37,165 bases of DNA from an uncultured Oscillospiraceae bacterium (GTDB lineage: Bacteria; Bacillota; Clostridia; Oscillospirales; Oscillospiraceae): positions 1-37,165 of the forward strand of contig CAYVCR010000002.1 of NCBI GenBank assembly GCA_964450205.1, written 5' to 3'. Numbering within the stretch: position 1 is the stretch's first letter; each line of letters begins with the position of its first letter. This document shows positions 8,900 to 17,794 of this stretch, one piece after another. The translations under genes and the position numbers were made by a program. The notes below the pieces were generated by a model. That model ran no database searches. It was not told where the DNA came from and saw only the letters and a program-made list of their open reading frames with translations.

Positions 8900-10411
8900 T
8901 TAATCTTCCTCCAGGCTCTTGCCCGTATCCCGGTAAGCACTGTCCATGGGGCTTACCCGGTCAGTCTCCGCCTGGTAGCGGCCCACCACCTTGGCAGCCA
9001 GATCCACAGGCAGCAGCGTGCCTGCGCCGGCCACGCAACCGCCGGGACAGGCCATGCCTTCCAGCAGGTAGCCGTTATACTTGCCGGCCTTGGCCAGAGT
9101 CATCAGCTTACGGCACTCACGCAGGCCCTCAGCACGGGCGGTCTGCACCTGCAGGCTGGGATCCTGTTCATGGGCCAGGTCGGCAACGGCCTTTGCCACG
9201 CCGCCTGCCACCGCAAAGCCACGTCCTGCAGCAGTGCCCTCGTTCAGATCATACATGGGCTCGATGGTCTCAAAATTGATCTCCTTGGCCTCGAACATGC
9301 CCTGCAGCTCCTCAAAGGTCAGCACGAAGTCCACGTCGGAACGGATGTCCTCACGGATGGCTTCCAGCTTCTTGGCGGCGCAGGGGCCCACAAAGACCAC
9401 CTTGCAGCCGGGATATTTTTTCTTCATCAGGCGGGCGGTAAACACCATAGGCGTCAGGGTCATGGAGATGTTCTTAGCCTCGCCGGGGAACAGCTTGTAG
9501 ATCATGGAGTGCCAGGCCGGGCAGCAGGAAGTGGCCATGTAATTCTGCTGGGAGGGCACCTTCTCCAAAAAGTCCCGGGCCTCCTCGATGGTACACATGT
9601 CCGCGCCCACGGCCACCTCCACAATGCGTTCAAAGCCCAGCTGCTTCATAGCAGCGATGAACTTGCCGGGGGTGGAATGCTTGCCAAACTGGCCGATGAA
9701 AGCCGGGGCTACGATGGCAACGACCTTGTCGCCCTGGAGAATGGACTGGATCACCTGGAAGATCTGACCCTTGTCCACAATGGCACCGAAGGGGCAGCTG
9801 ACCAGGCACTGGCCGCAGGCCACGCACTTGTCCTGGTTGATGACGGCACGGCCGTGGTCGTCGGAGCCAATGGCATCCATGCCGCAGGCGGCGGCACAGG
9901 GCCGCTCCAAATGGACGATGGCATTGTAGGGACAGGCCTTGGCGCATTTGCCGCAGCGGATACACTTGTCCAGATCGATATAGGAGCGATTATTGCGGAA
10001 GGAAATAGCTTCCTTGGGGCACACCTTCTGACAGGAGGCCGCAATGCAGTTCTGACAGTAGTTGCTGACCTTGTACTGATTGGTAGGACAGGCATGGCAG
10101 GCATAGGGAATGATGTTGACCAGGGGCGGCTCATAGTACTGCTCCGCAACGGCAGCCGCGTCCATGCCCTCAGTCATGAGGCTGCGCGTCTGGATGGGAC
10201 GGATGGACAGACCCATAGCCAGGCGCACCCGCTCACCGGCGATGGCACGCTCCAGAAACACAGACTCTCTGTGCAGGGGCTGATCGCCGGGCACGATGAT
10301 ATAAGGCAGATCCTCTGCCTTGGAATAGTCGCCGCCGGCATAGGCCATACGTGCAACCTCTGTAAATACTTTCTTACGGATATCCGTAATCAGTGACGGG
10401 ATACCTCTCAT
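8900..10411 (-). CDS. Monomeric [FeFe] hydrogenase (group B-like) with 4Fe-4S dicluster domains
   Basis: H-cluster motifs TSCCPAW, GPCAAKKLE and EGMACPGGCVAGAG; several CxxCxxCxxxCP motifs. Confidence 0.9.
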   Translation of the reverse strand: MRGIPSLITDIRKKVFTEVARMAYAGGDYSKAEDLPYIIVPGDQPLHRESVFLERAIAGERVRLAMGLSIRPIQTRSLMTEGMDAAAVAEQYYEPPLVNIIPYACHACPTNQYKVSNYCQNCIAASCQKVCPKEAISFRNNRSYIDLDKCIRCGKCAKACPYNAIVHLERPCAAACGMDAIGSDDHGRAVINQDKCVACGQCLVSCPFGAIVDKGQIFQVIQSILQGDKVVAIVAPAFIGQFGKHSTPGKFIAAMKQLGFERIVEVAVGADMCTIEEARDFLEKVPSQQNYMATSCCPAWHSMIYKLFPGEAKNISMTLTPMVFTARLMKKKYPGCKVVFVGPCAAKKLEAIREDIRSDVDFVLTFEELQGMFEAKEINFETIEPMYDLNEGTAAGRGFAVAGGVAKAVADLAHEQDPSLQVQTARAEGLRECRKLMTLAKAGKYNGYLLEGMACPGGCVAGAGTLLPVDLAAKVVGRYQAETDRVSPMDSAYRDTGKSLEED

Positions 10412-10495
10412 ATGGGGTTTCCTCCTAAAAACAAATTGTGTTCATTATAGCATTCTATCGAAATTAGTCAAGGCACGGCGCACAGGAGAATCCTG

Positions 10496-10945
10496 TCAGC
10501 GCAGTTCAGCGCGCCATCCGTTTCCCTCCGGAATGTACCGGAATTCCGAAAGGTTGTCACTCTCCATGACCTGCAGCAGTTCAGCGAAGTCGGGCACAGT
10601 CGGGTAATGGGACAGGCAATCACGATCCACCCATTCCATATGTCCCTCGGCCGAATCGGTAAGCGTACCGGTAAAACGGTCTGCCCGGAACAAAAACACC
10701 AAATACCGGCCTTTATCCGTGGGGAATTGCTTGACTCCACACAGCACCGGATCCAGCACAGTCAGACCGGTCTCCTCCCGGGTCTCCCGGATCACTGCCT
10801 CGACAATGGACTCATTCGGCTCCACGTGACCCCCAGGGAGAGTATAGCCCTGCCAATCTTTTTTGGTGCGGTTCTGCAGCAGGATCTGCTGTCCGCAGCG
10901 CAGCAGACATACCACCGTCAGCTCTGTGTTTTCTGTTCTCGCCAT
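10496..10945 (-). CDS. NUDIX hydrolase (8-oxo-dGTP diphosphatase-like)
   Basis: Nudix box GGHVEPNESIVEAVIRETREETGL. Confidence 0.9.
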   Translation of the reverse strand: MARTENTELTVVCLLRCGQQILLQNRTKKDWQGYTLPGGHVEPNESIVEAVIRETREETGLTVLDPVLCGVKQFPTDKGRYLVFLFRADRFTGTLTDSAEGHMEWVDRDCLSHYPTVPDFAELLQVMESDNLSEFRYIPEGNGWRAELR

Positions 10946-11071
10946 AATACAGCCCCCGTTTCATCTTTTGGATTTATCATACCATATAAATATAAGGGGT
11001 GTCAAACGCCTGTTTTGTTGATGCACACCCCCGCAAACCATAATTGCGCCGCTATGCCGACGTTTTTTTGA

Positions 11072-11100
11072 TTGCTTTTTCGTTTCAAGTCGTGTATAAT
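11072..11100 (+). promoter_or_regulatory. Sigma-A promoter for tRNA-Pro
   Basis: TTGCTT-17 nt-TATAAT. Confidence 0.65.
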
Positions 11101-11160
11101 GCTAAAAGTAAACATTTCCGGGTGCGATGCACATGTGAAATAATGCAATAATTGAATTAT

Positions 11161-11236
11161 CCGGGTGTGGCCCAGTTGGTAGGGCGCCTGGTTTGGGACC
11201 AGGATGCCGCGAGTTCGAGTCTCGCCACTCGGACCA
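11161..11236 (+). tRNA. tRNA-Pro(TGG)
   Basis: Acceptor stem CCGGGTG/CACTCGG, D-stem GCCC/GGGC, anticodon arm CCTGG-TTTGGGA-CCAGG, TTCGA T-loop, encoded CCA. Confidence 0.97.
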
Positions 11237-11274
11237 AACGCCGCTGTTTTCAATACGAAAACAGCGGCGTTTTG
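11237..11274 (+). terminator. Terminator after tRNA-Pro
   Basis: AACGCCGCTGTTTTC...GAAAACAGCGGCGTTTT. Confidence 0.75.
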
Positions 11275-11482
11275 AGCTTTTAAGCCATTTTCTTTGTTTA
11301 TTACGCAGCAAGCATCAACCGTTCTGGAGAAAATCTCTGCAAAAAGTAGAATTCCAACTTAAAATCCCTAACAGACGGCTGCCATGCTTTCCCATTTTAT
11401 CCACCAATATACCGGTTGCAATGCGGCATGATTTCGTTTATGATTGTGCTCGCGACAGAATTTTAATTCAGGAGATATACTT

Positions 11483-13084
11483 ATGTTTTGTTTTCAATGT
11501 GAGCAGACCGCGAAATGCACCGGTTGTACGGGAAATGTGGGTGTCTGCGGTAAGAAAGATGACACAGCCCGGCTTCAGGACAAACTGACCGGAGCGCTGA
11601 TCGGTCTGGCAAGAGCTACCGAGGGCAATGAACACATGGTAAGCCGCTCTACCGCTGCTGTGATCGTAGAGGGTTTGTTTGCAACCCTAACCAATGTGAA
11701 TTTCGACAACACTGCGCTGCTTGCCATTATGGATAAAGTTGAAACGGAAAAGCAAAAGCTGGTGCCCAATTGCTTCTCCTGCGCTTCCCCCTGTGGCAAA
11801 AATAACGACTATGACATGCAGAAGCTGTGGACCGCGGATGAGGATATTCGTTCTCTCAAGTCCCTGATCCTGTTCGGCATCCGTGGTGTCGCTGCCTACG
11901 CTTACCACGCCGCTGTTCTGGGCTATCAGGACGCTGCCGTCCACCAGTTCCTGTACAAGGCTCTTTTTGCTATCGGCATGGATGACTGGGGCACGGAGGA
12001 GCTGCTGCCCATCGTTCTGGAAGCAGGTGAAGTAAATCTAAAGTGTATGGCTATGCTGGATAAGGCCAATACCGAAACCTTTGGGCATCCGGAGCCTACC
12101 GAGGTCAGCCTGACCGTGGAGAAGGGTCCCTTCATCGTCATCACCGGCCATGACCTGTACGATCTGAAGCTCCTTTTGGAGCAGACCGAAGGCAAGGGGA
12201 TCAATATCTACACCCACGGTGAAATGCTGCCTGCCCACGCCTATCCGGAGCTGAAGAAGTTCTCCCATTTGAAGGGTAACTTTGGTACTGCTTGGCAGAA
12301 CCAGCAGAAGGAATTCGCGGCCCTGCCCGCGCCCATTCTCTTTACCACCAACTGCCTCATGCCTCCCAAGGCCAGCTACGCTGACCGGGTATTCACCACA
12401 GAAGTGGTGGGCTATCCCGGTTTGCAGCACATCGGTACCGATAAGGACTTTACACTCATTATCGAAAAGGCCCTGGAACTGGGCGGCTTTGACAGGGATA
12501 CCGCCTTCCCCGGTATCAACGGCGGTGACAAGGTCATGACCGGCTTCGCAAGAAACACTGTCATGCGTGTTGCCGGTACGGTCATTGATGCGGTCAAGGC
12601 CGGAGCCATCAAGCATTTCTTCCTGGTGGGCGGCTGTGACGGCGCAAAGCCTGGACGTAACTACTACACCGAATTTGTCAAGCAGACCCCAGCCGATACC
12701 GTGGTCCTGACTCTGGCTTGCGGCAAGTACCGTTTCCATGATTTGGATCTGGGTACCATCGGTGGGTTGCCCCGGCTGATGGACATCGGACAGTGCAACG
12801 ACGCTTACTCTGCTATTCAGATCGCAGTCGCCCTGGCAGATGCCTTTGGCTGCGGTGTCAATGACCTGCCTCTTTCCATGGTGCTGAGCTGGTATGAGCA
12901 GAAAGCTGTGTGCATCCTGCTGACGCTGCTGCATCTGGGCATCAAGAACATCCGTCTTGGCCCCACGCTGCCTGCCTTCGTTTCGCCCAATGTCCTAAAA
13001 TTTCTGGTAGAGAAGTTTGGCATCGCACCTATCACCACCCCCGAAGAAGATCTGAAAGCGATTTTGGGAAATAACGACAGATAA
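11483..13084 (+). CDS. hcp: Hydroxylamine reductase / hybrid-cluster protein
   Basis: MFCFQCEQT..GC..GVCGK N-terminus; YTHGEMLPAH, GGCDG, GQCNDAY and SWYEQKAV motifs; AGGAG RBS before ATG 11483. Confidence 0.96.
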   Translation: MFCFQCEQTAKCTGCTGNVGVCGKKDDTARLQDKLTGALIGLARATEGNEHMVSRSTAAVIVEGLFATLTNVNFDNTALLAIMDKVETEKQKLVPNCFSCASPCGKNNDYDMQKLWTADEDIRSLKSLILFGIRGVAAYAYHAAVLGYQDAAVHQFLYKALFAIGMDDWGTEELLPIVLEAGEVNLKCMAMLDKANTETFGHPEPTEVSLTVEKGPFIVITGHDLYDLKLLLEQTEGKGINIYTHGEMLPAHAYPELKKFSHLKGNFGTAWQNQQKEFAALPAPILFTTNCLMPPKASYADRVFTTEVVGYPGLQHIGTDKDFTLIIEKALELGGFDRDTAFPGINGGDKVMTGFARNTVMRVAGTVIDAVKAGAIKHFFLVGGCDGAKPGRNYYTEFVKQTPADTVVLTLACGKYRFHDLDLGTIGGLPRLMDIGQCNDAYSAIQIAVALADAFGCGVNDLPLSMVLSWYEQKAVCILLTLLHLGIKNIRLGPTLPAFVSPNVLKFLVEKFGIAPITTPEEDLKAILGNNDR

Positions 13085-13255
13085 TCTAATATTGAAGGGT
13101 GCGTTGCAAAATAAATGCAACGCACCCTTTTGGTATGAATAGGCCACCGTTTAAAAGTCAGTGGCCTTTTGAAATCTATCCGTGATTTCAGACTAATAAA
13201 TGCTTGTTATATTATCTGCTTAACCGTAAAAACTAACATCAAAGGAGTGATGAAT

Positions 13256-13561
13256 ATGGAAAATTACAATCTGGTCAAAAACACGTTGGATCAGATTCCG
13301 CAGGCGAACGCCAATGCAAAGCAGATCGTAGGGCTCGTGAAGGAAGGCGGCAGGATCACCGGGTATCAATTATCTGATAATTCCATTGTGGAGAAACAGC
13401 AGGCGGTGAATATGGCAAAGCAGGGAAAAATCGCCGGTGTGGGCATCGCCCACCGGGGAGATACGGAATATCTGAAAGCCATCCCAAACGGCGACGAAAA
13501 CGACAATCTGGGCAACCTGCCCTCTGTCTCTCTAAACACCCCGTCAAACCCTCCGGCTTAG
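13256..13561 (+). CDS. DUF3892-like small protein
   Basis: GRITGYQLSD..QAVNMAK..EYLKAIPNG..NDNLGNLP pattern; AAGGAG RBS. Confidence 0.72.
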   Translation: MENYNLVKNTLDQIPQANANAKQIVGLVKEGGRITGYQLSDNSIVEKQQAVNMAKQGKIAGVGIAHRGDTEYLKAIPNGDENDNLGNLPSVSLNTPSNPPA

Positions 13562-13575
13562 CCGGAGGGTTTGAC
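13543..13575. repeat. Perfect 15-bp-arm palindrome between convergent genes
   Basis: GTCAAACCCTCCGGC-TTA-GCCGGAGGGTTTGAC. Confidence 0.85.
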
Positions 13576-13928
13576 TATTTTGTCAGTTCATAGCTCATAT
13601 CCAGCAGGAATTTGAGCTTGTCATCGTCAGCCGTTCCGTCCAGTGCCACTGTCAGCCAATGGGCCTTGTTCATGTGGTAAGCAGGCAAGATTCCTGTTTC
13701 TTCCCGGAAGGAGCTGATCAGCCGGGTGTCACATTTCACATCCACCACCTGGATATCTCCGCCACCGGAAAGTCCCAATTTCTCTCTGGAAATTTCCATG
13801 ATCGCGGCGAACCATTTCCGGTTACCGGTGTGCCTAAATACCATATAGGTGGGATACTTCGCCCACAGGCACTCTCCTAACGCACCGTAGGTTTTTTCTA
13901 TGTAATCTTGTAATTCCGTTCTGCTTAT
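13575..13928 (-). CDS. MmcQ/YjbR family protein; expected start codon reads ATA (possible start loss)
   Basis: VFRH..NRKWFA..VDVKC..PAYHMNKAHW motifs; the frame is open a further 28 codons upstream of ATG 13844. Confidence 0.75.
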   Translation of the reverse strand: MSRTELQDYIEKTYGALGECLWAKYPTYMVFRHTGNRKWFAAIMEISREKLGLSGGGDIQVVDVKCDTRLISSFREETGILPAYHMNKAHWLTVALDGTADDDKLKFLLDMSYELTK

Positions 13929-14236
13929 TTTTTCTTTCTCTCCGGCAGTTCCGGGTACATGGCTTCAAAAAGTGCTTTCAGAAACTCCCGGTCGTCCACA
14001 TTCTCCACAAGGAGCATATCCTTTTCGCCTTCATAGGGCGGCTCTTTTCTGGCACCCGGCAGCATTGCTGTGGTGCTCGGCAAAACTTTTACCAGCAGGC
14101 GCTCATCGCACAGATAGGCTGCGATCTTGCCGTGATGGTAAATAACATACTCGCCCATCATCATGCGGCTGGTAATACCGTCGATCAGCGACAGCTGATC
14201 CAGAATAAAGGCCAGATATTCCTTGCTTGTTGCCAT
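13925..14236 (-). CDS. TfoX/Sxy N-terminal domain protein
   Basis: MATSKEYLAFILDQLS..RMMMGEYVIY..GK...DERLLVK pattern. Confidence 0.82.
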   Translation of the reverse strand: MATSKEYLAFILDQLSLIDGITSRMMMGEYVIYHHGKIAAYLCDERLLVKVLPSTTAMLPGARKEPPYEGEKDMLLVENVDDREFLKALFEAMYPELPERKKK

Positions 14237-14255
14237 AATTCCACGCTCCCCTGTT

Positions 14256-14573
14256 TTATGCGTCTGCCTCTTCGGCCAATGCTTCTATGTAAAAACTCAC
14301 CGGACGGAAGCCGTCGTTGCAGGAGATCATGGCAGAATAGGGGTCCTTCATCCAGCCATCGTAGAAATTGCCGCCACCTGCAGCCAAAGTCTTTACGAAG
14401 GCTGCCATGGATTCCCAGGCGCTGTCACACAGGTCCTCCGGTTTTTCTCCGTTCCGGCTGATAAAGAGCTGCCCTTCCTGCACGTCGCAGGTGTGCTCAA
14501 TGGGATTTTCGTATGTTTCCATCAAGTCCGTGTAGCAGGCCTTCCGGATCGCAGTGATCTTGACTGTCTTCAT
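14256..14573 (-). CDS. TIGR04076-like conserved protein
   Basis: MKTVKITAIRK..C..KPEDLCDSAW..SCNDGFRPVSFYIE; AAGGAG RBS before ATG 14573. Confidence 0.78.
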   Translation of the reverse strand: MKTVKITAIRKACYTDLMETYENPIEHTCDVQEGQLFISRNGEKPEDLCDSAWESMAAFVKTLAAGGGNFYDGWMKDPYSAMISCNDGFRPVSFYIEALAEEADA

Positions 14574-14617
14574 GCTTGGTGCTCCTTCTTTACGAACATC
14601 ACATCCGTGACCGAAAA

Positions 14618-15328
14618 TTATTGATTGGGAAACTCCTGCTGCAGCTGGCGGGCCAGGACCGTCAGGAATTTCTTGGTGCTTGGGCAAGGGATCACCCCAC
14701 GGGAATTGGGCGGAAAATACTGGGTCCATACACTGTCCGTCCGGTTCTTCCAGGCGGCTTTGATGGTCTGGCGCATGGATCGCTCCACAGTCTGTTCGCT
14801 GCCCTGCCCCAACGCACATATGATCGCCGGATACAGCTCCTTTCCAAGAGGCTGTGAGAGATCTTTATAAAACAAAGGCAGCCCCACCACCAGCATGCGG
14901 TAGCCGTCCAGATTGGTAGGGATCTTCAGCCGGTGCAGGTGCTCCACCACAGCGCTGCGCAGGTCGGCACGTATCCCGGATTCCATGTTTGCCATCGTTT
15001 TCAACGCCTGCCGGACACCGCTTGGCGTAGGCATGTGCAGCACGTACTGTACCCCAAGCGCGCCCAGCTCCCGCAGGATGTAAGGATCCGTCAGATAGCT
15101 GATGGCCAGGACCTGCCGAGGCAGAAAGGCTGCCTGCCGCAGTACGGTCAGACCGTCCTTATAGGGCAGGGACATGTTGATCACCAGCAGGTCCGGACGG
15201 TATTGGGCCAGCAGCGCAAGGGCCGTGTTGCCATCGGCACAGAAACGAACCTCATCGTCACCAAAACAGGCCTTTGTAATGATCTGAACAAGCATTTCCG
15301 ATTCGTCCACGATCAACACACGACGCAC
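14618..15328 (-). CDS. Divergent Spo0A-like regulator (receiver plus Spo0A C-terminal domain)
   Basis: N-terminal receiver-like domain; C-terminal LHRLKIPTNLDGY..KELYP..VERSMR..AW; GTG start with GGAGG RBS. Confidence 0.8.
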   Translation of the reverse strand: MRRVLIVDESEMLVQIITKACFGDDEVRFCADGNTALALLAQYRPDLLVINMSLPYKDGLTVLRQAAFLPRQVLAISYLTDPYILRELGALGVQYVLHMPTPSGVRQALKTMANMESGIRADLRSAVVEHLHRLKIPTNLDGYRMLVVGLPLFYKDLSQPLGKELYPAIICALGQGSEQTVERSMRQTIKAAWKNRTDSVWTQYFPPNSRGVIPCPSTKKFLTVLARQLQQEFPNQ

Positions 15329-15421
15329 GCCCTACCCCTCCTCCGCATAGTTTCCATATAAGATATCATGTTGCCCCGGGAAAGGCAACCACCGTTTTTC
15401 GATGATTTCCGATGATTTCTA

Positions 15422-16594
15422 TCAAAATTTTACGAACCAACGGGCCACCCTGCGGCCTGCCTTGTAGACAGGCGTTTCCAGCTCCTTGCAGGCGTTTTTC
15501 AGCTCCTGGCGGATCTGGATGCCCTGGGGACAGTGTTTCTCGCATTTGCCGCAGCCGACACAGTTGGAGGCGGCCGCAGAATTGGTGCGAAGAGTGGTGC
15601 ACATGAAGTACTCCTTCAGTCCGGCGAACTTGCTCTCGGAGTAGACACGGTTATAGGCAGCAAAGGTGCCGGGGATGTCCACGCCCTTGGGACAAGGCAT
15701 ACAGTAGCCGCAGCCGGTACAGCCTACCTTCATTTTGGCATTGATGGCCGCCACCACCTTCTGCAGCATAGCCTGGTCTTGATCAGTCAGCTCTCCGGCT
15801 GTTACATTGGAGGCTGTTTCCAGATTCTCCCGGATCATCTCTTCAGAGTTCATGCCGGACAGGACCACCGTCACGTCCTTCTGGTCCCACAGCCAGCGGA
15901 ACGCCCACTGGGCAGGTGTGCTGCCGGTTTTGGCAAATTGCTTCTTGGCGTCCTCCGGCAGACGGCTCACCAGCTTACCGCCCCGCAGCGGCTCCATGAT
16001 GATCACCGGGATGCCCTTGGCAGCGGCATGGTGCAGGCCCTTGCGGCCTGCCTGAGAATGCTCATCCATGTAATTATACTGGATCTGGGTAAAGTCCCAG
16101 TCATAAGCATCCACCAAATTGCAGAAGGTCTCGGAGTTGCCGTGATAGGAAAAGCCTACCTGTCGGATAGCGCCGCTGGCCTTTTTCTCCTCCAGCCATT
16201 CGGTGATCCCCAAGGCCTTCAGCCGCTCCCAGGTAGCAGTATCAGTGAGCATGTGCATTAAATAATAATCCACATAGTCGGTACGCAGACGCCTGAGCTC
16301 CTCAGCGAAGAGCTTGTCCAGGCCCTCCCGGTTTTTAATGAGGTAGTGGGGCAGCTTGGTGGCGATATGTACCTTTTCCCGCAGGCCGTTCTTCTCCAGG
16401 ATCTGTCCCAGGGCAGCCTCGCTGCCGGGATAGATATAGGCTGTATCGAAATAGTTTACGCCTCCGTCGATGGCCAGCAAAAGCTGTTTTTCCGTCTCCT
16501 CCATATCGATCCGGCCCAGCTTCTGCGGAAACCGCATACAGCCGTAGCCAAGGATAGACAGGGGATTTCCGTATCGGTCCGTTCTGTAATTCAT
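15422..16594 (-). CDS. Aldo/keto reductase with C-terminal 4Fe-4S domain
   Basis: LGYGCMRFP, NYFDTAYIY and IATKLP motifs; CTGCGYCMPCP and CVGCGKCEKHCP. Confidence 0.92.
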   Translation of the reverse strand: MNYRTDRYGNPLSILGYGCMRFPQKLGRIDMEETEKQLLLAIDGGVNYFDTAYIYPGSEAALGQILEKNGLREKVHIATKLPHYLIKNREGLDKLFAEELRRLRTDYVDYYLMHMLTDTATWERLKALGITEWLEEKKASGAIRQVGFSYHGNSETFCNLVDAYDWDFTQIQYNYMDEHSQAGRKGLHHAAAKGIPVIIMEPLRGGKLVSRLPEDAKKQFAKTGSTPAQWAFRWLWDQKDVTVVLSGMNSEEMIRENLETASNVTAGELTDQDQAMLQKVVAAINAKMKVGCTGCGYCMPCPKGVDIPGTFAAYNRVYSESKFAGLKEYFMCTTLRTNSAAASNCVGCGKCEKHCPQGIQIRQELKNACKELETPVYKAGRRVARWFVKF

Positions 16595-16829
16595 AAGCTA
16601 CCTCCGCATTTTTTCGCATTATACCATATGTCCGCAACTATGCCAAGTCTTTTCCCGATTAGTGGGTGTCACGATCCATACAGGTAATTTTTGGATTGCG
16701 TTAATAATTTCGTCAAAATTTGTTGTTTTCTGTCGGCACACGTGCTATAATGTACGATGATTTATTATAGTGCCGAAGAATCGACTGCTATTACTTTGTA
16801 TATATCTTTAATAACGAGGTGTTTATTTC

Positions 16830-17762
16830 ATGGAAAAATTCATCATTCTTGCAGACGTTACCTGTGACCTTTCCGAGGATATCCGCAAGGAATTTGACGT
16901 GGAGGATTACCTCCCCGGCCATGTCAGCTTCAGTGACGGCCGCGATCTGCCAACGACTCTGGACTGGAGCCATATCTCCTGTGATGAGTTCTACAAGACC
17001 CTCGGCGGCAAGAAGATCCAGATCAGCACCGCACCTGCCAGCCCCGAGGAGTATTATCTGACCTTCAAGAAGTATGTGGAGGCAGGCTACAAGGTTCTGA
17101 GCGTTTCCATTTCTTCCAAGATCAGCACCACCTTCAACAGCGCCTCCAAAGCTGCTGAACGTGTTCTGGCTGAACATCCCGAGGGCACCATCTACTGCCT
17201 GGACTCCCTGAGAATGTCCGGTGCCATGGGACTTCTGGTCATGTATGCCCACAAGATGAAGCAGGACGGTGCCTCCTTTGATGAGATCGTGGCATGGCTG
17301 GAAAACAACAAGCGCAAGGTCCATCAGATGGGCCCCATCGACGATTTGATCTTCGTTGCCCGCCGGGGCCGTATCTCCATGGGCAAGGCCATCATGGGCA
17401 ACTTTGCCGGTGTCAAGCCTATGGGCGACTGCTCCAGTGACGGCTACGTTTCCGTTATGACCAAGGTCAAGGGCATCAGCAAGGCTCTGGATATTTCCGT
17501 GCGTTACGCAGGTGCCATGGCAACCGATATTGAAAACCAGTACATCCTCATCTCCCACTCCAACCGTCAGGCTTACGCAGAAAAGCTGAAGCAGATGGTG
17601 GAAGAGAACCTGCATCCCAAAAAGGTCTTTATCAGCGACGTGTTCTCCGGCTGCGGCACCAACATCGGTCCCGGCATGGTGGGCGTGTACTTCCTCGGCA
17701 ACGAGATCACCGAGGACCAGGTAGCAGAGAAGGAATGCTTAAATGCCATTCTGGAGAGCTAA
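16830..17762 (+). CDS. fakB: DegV family fatty-acid-binding protein (FakB-like)
   Basis: ADVTCDL, ISSKISTTF, LDSLRMS and RRGRIS DegV motifs. Confidence 0.85.
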   Translation: MEKFIILADVTCDLSEDIRKEFDVEDYLPGHVSFSDGRDLPTTLDWSHISCDEFYKTLGGKKIQISTAPASPEEYYLTFKKYVEAGYKVLSVSISSKISTTFNSASKAAERVLAEHPEGTIYCLDSLRMSGAMGLLVMYAHKMKQDGASFDEIVAWLENNKRKVHQMGPIDDLIFVARRGRISMGKAIMGNFAGVKPMGDCSSDGYVSVMTKVKGISKALDISVRYAGAMATDIENQYILISHSNRQAYAEKLKQMVEENLHPKKVFISDVFSGCGTNIGPGMVGVYFLGNEITEDQVAEKECLNAILES

Positions 17763-17794
17763 GCACAATACTTACTTTTTAGGGGTTTAAACAA

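Noticed and set aside
8579..10396. Long antisense ORFs (605 aa here; also 1165-2379, 6437-7558, 17759-19291, 19165-20736)
   Set aside because: They shadow well-supported genes on the opposite strand, as expected from GC-rich codon bias; no recognisable motifs.
11410..11432. Possible Crp/Fnr-type (HcpR) site upstream of hcp
   Set aside because: GTTGC-AAT-GCGGC is only weakly palindromic, too little to support a call.
11161..14600. tRNA-Pro as the attachment site of a genomic island
   Set aside because: No integrase, and I saw no duplicated tRNA 3' end downstream; the tRNA is followed directly by its terminator.
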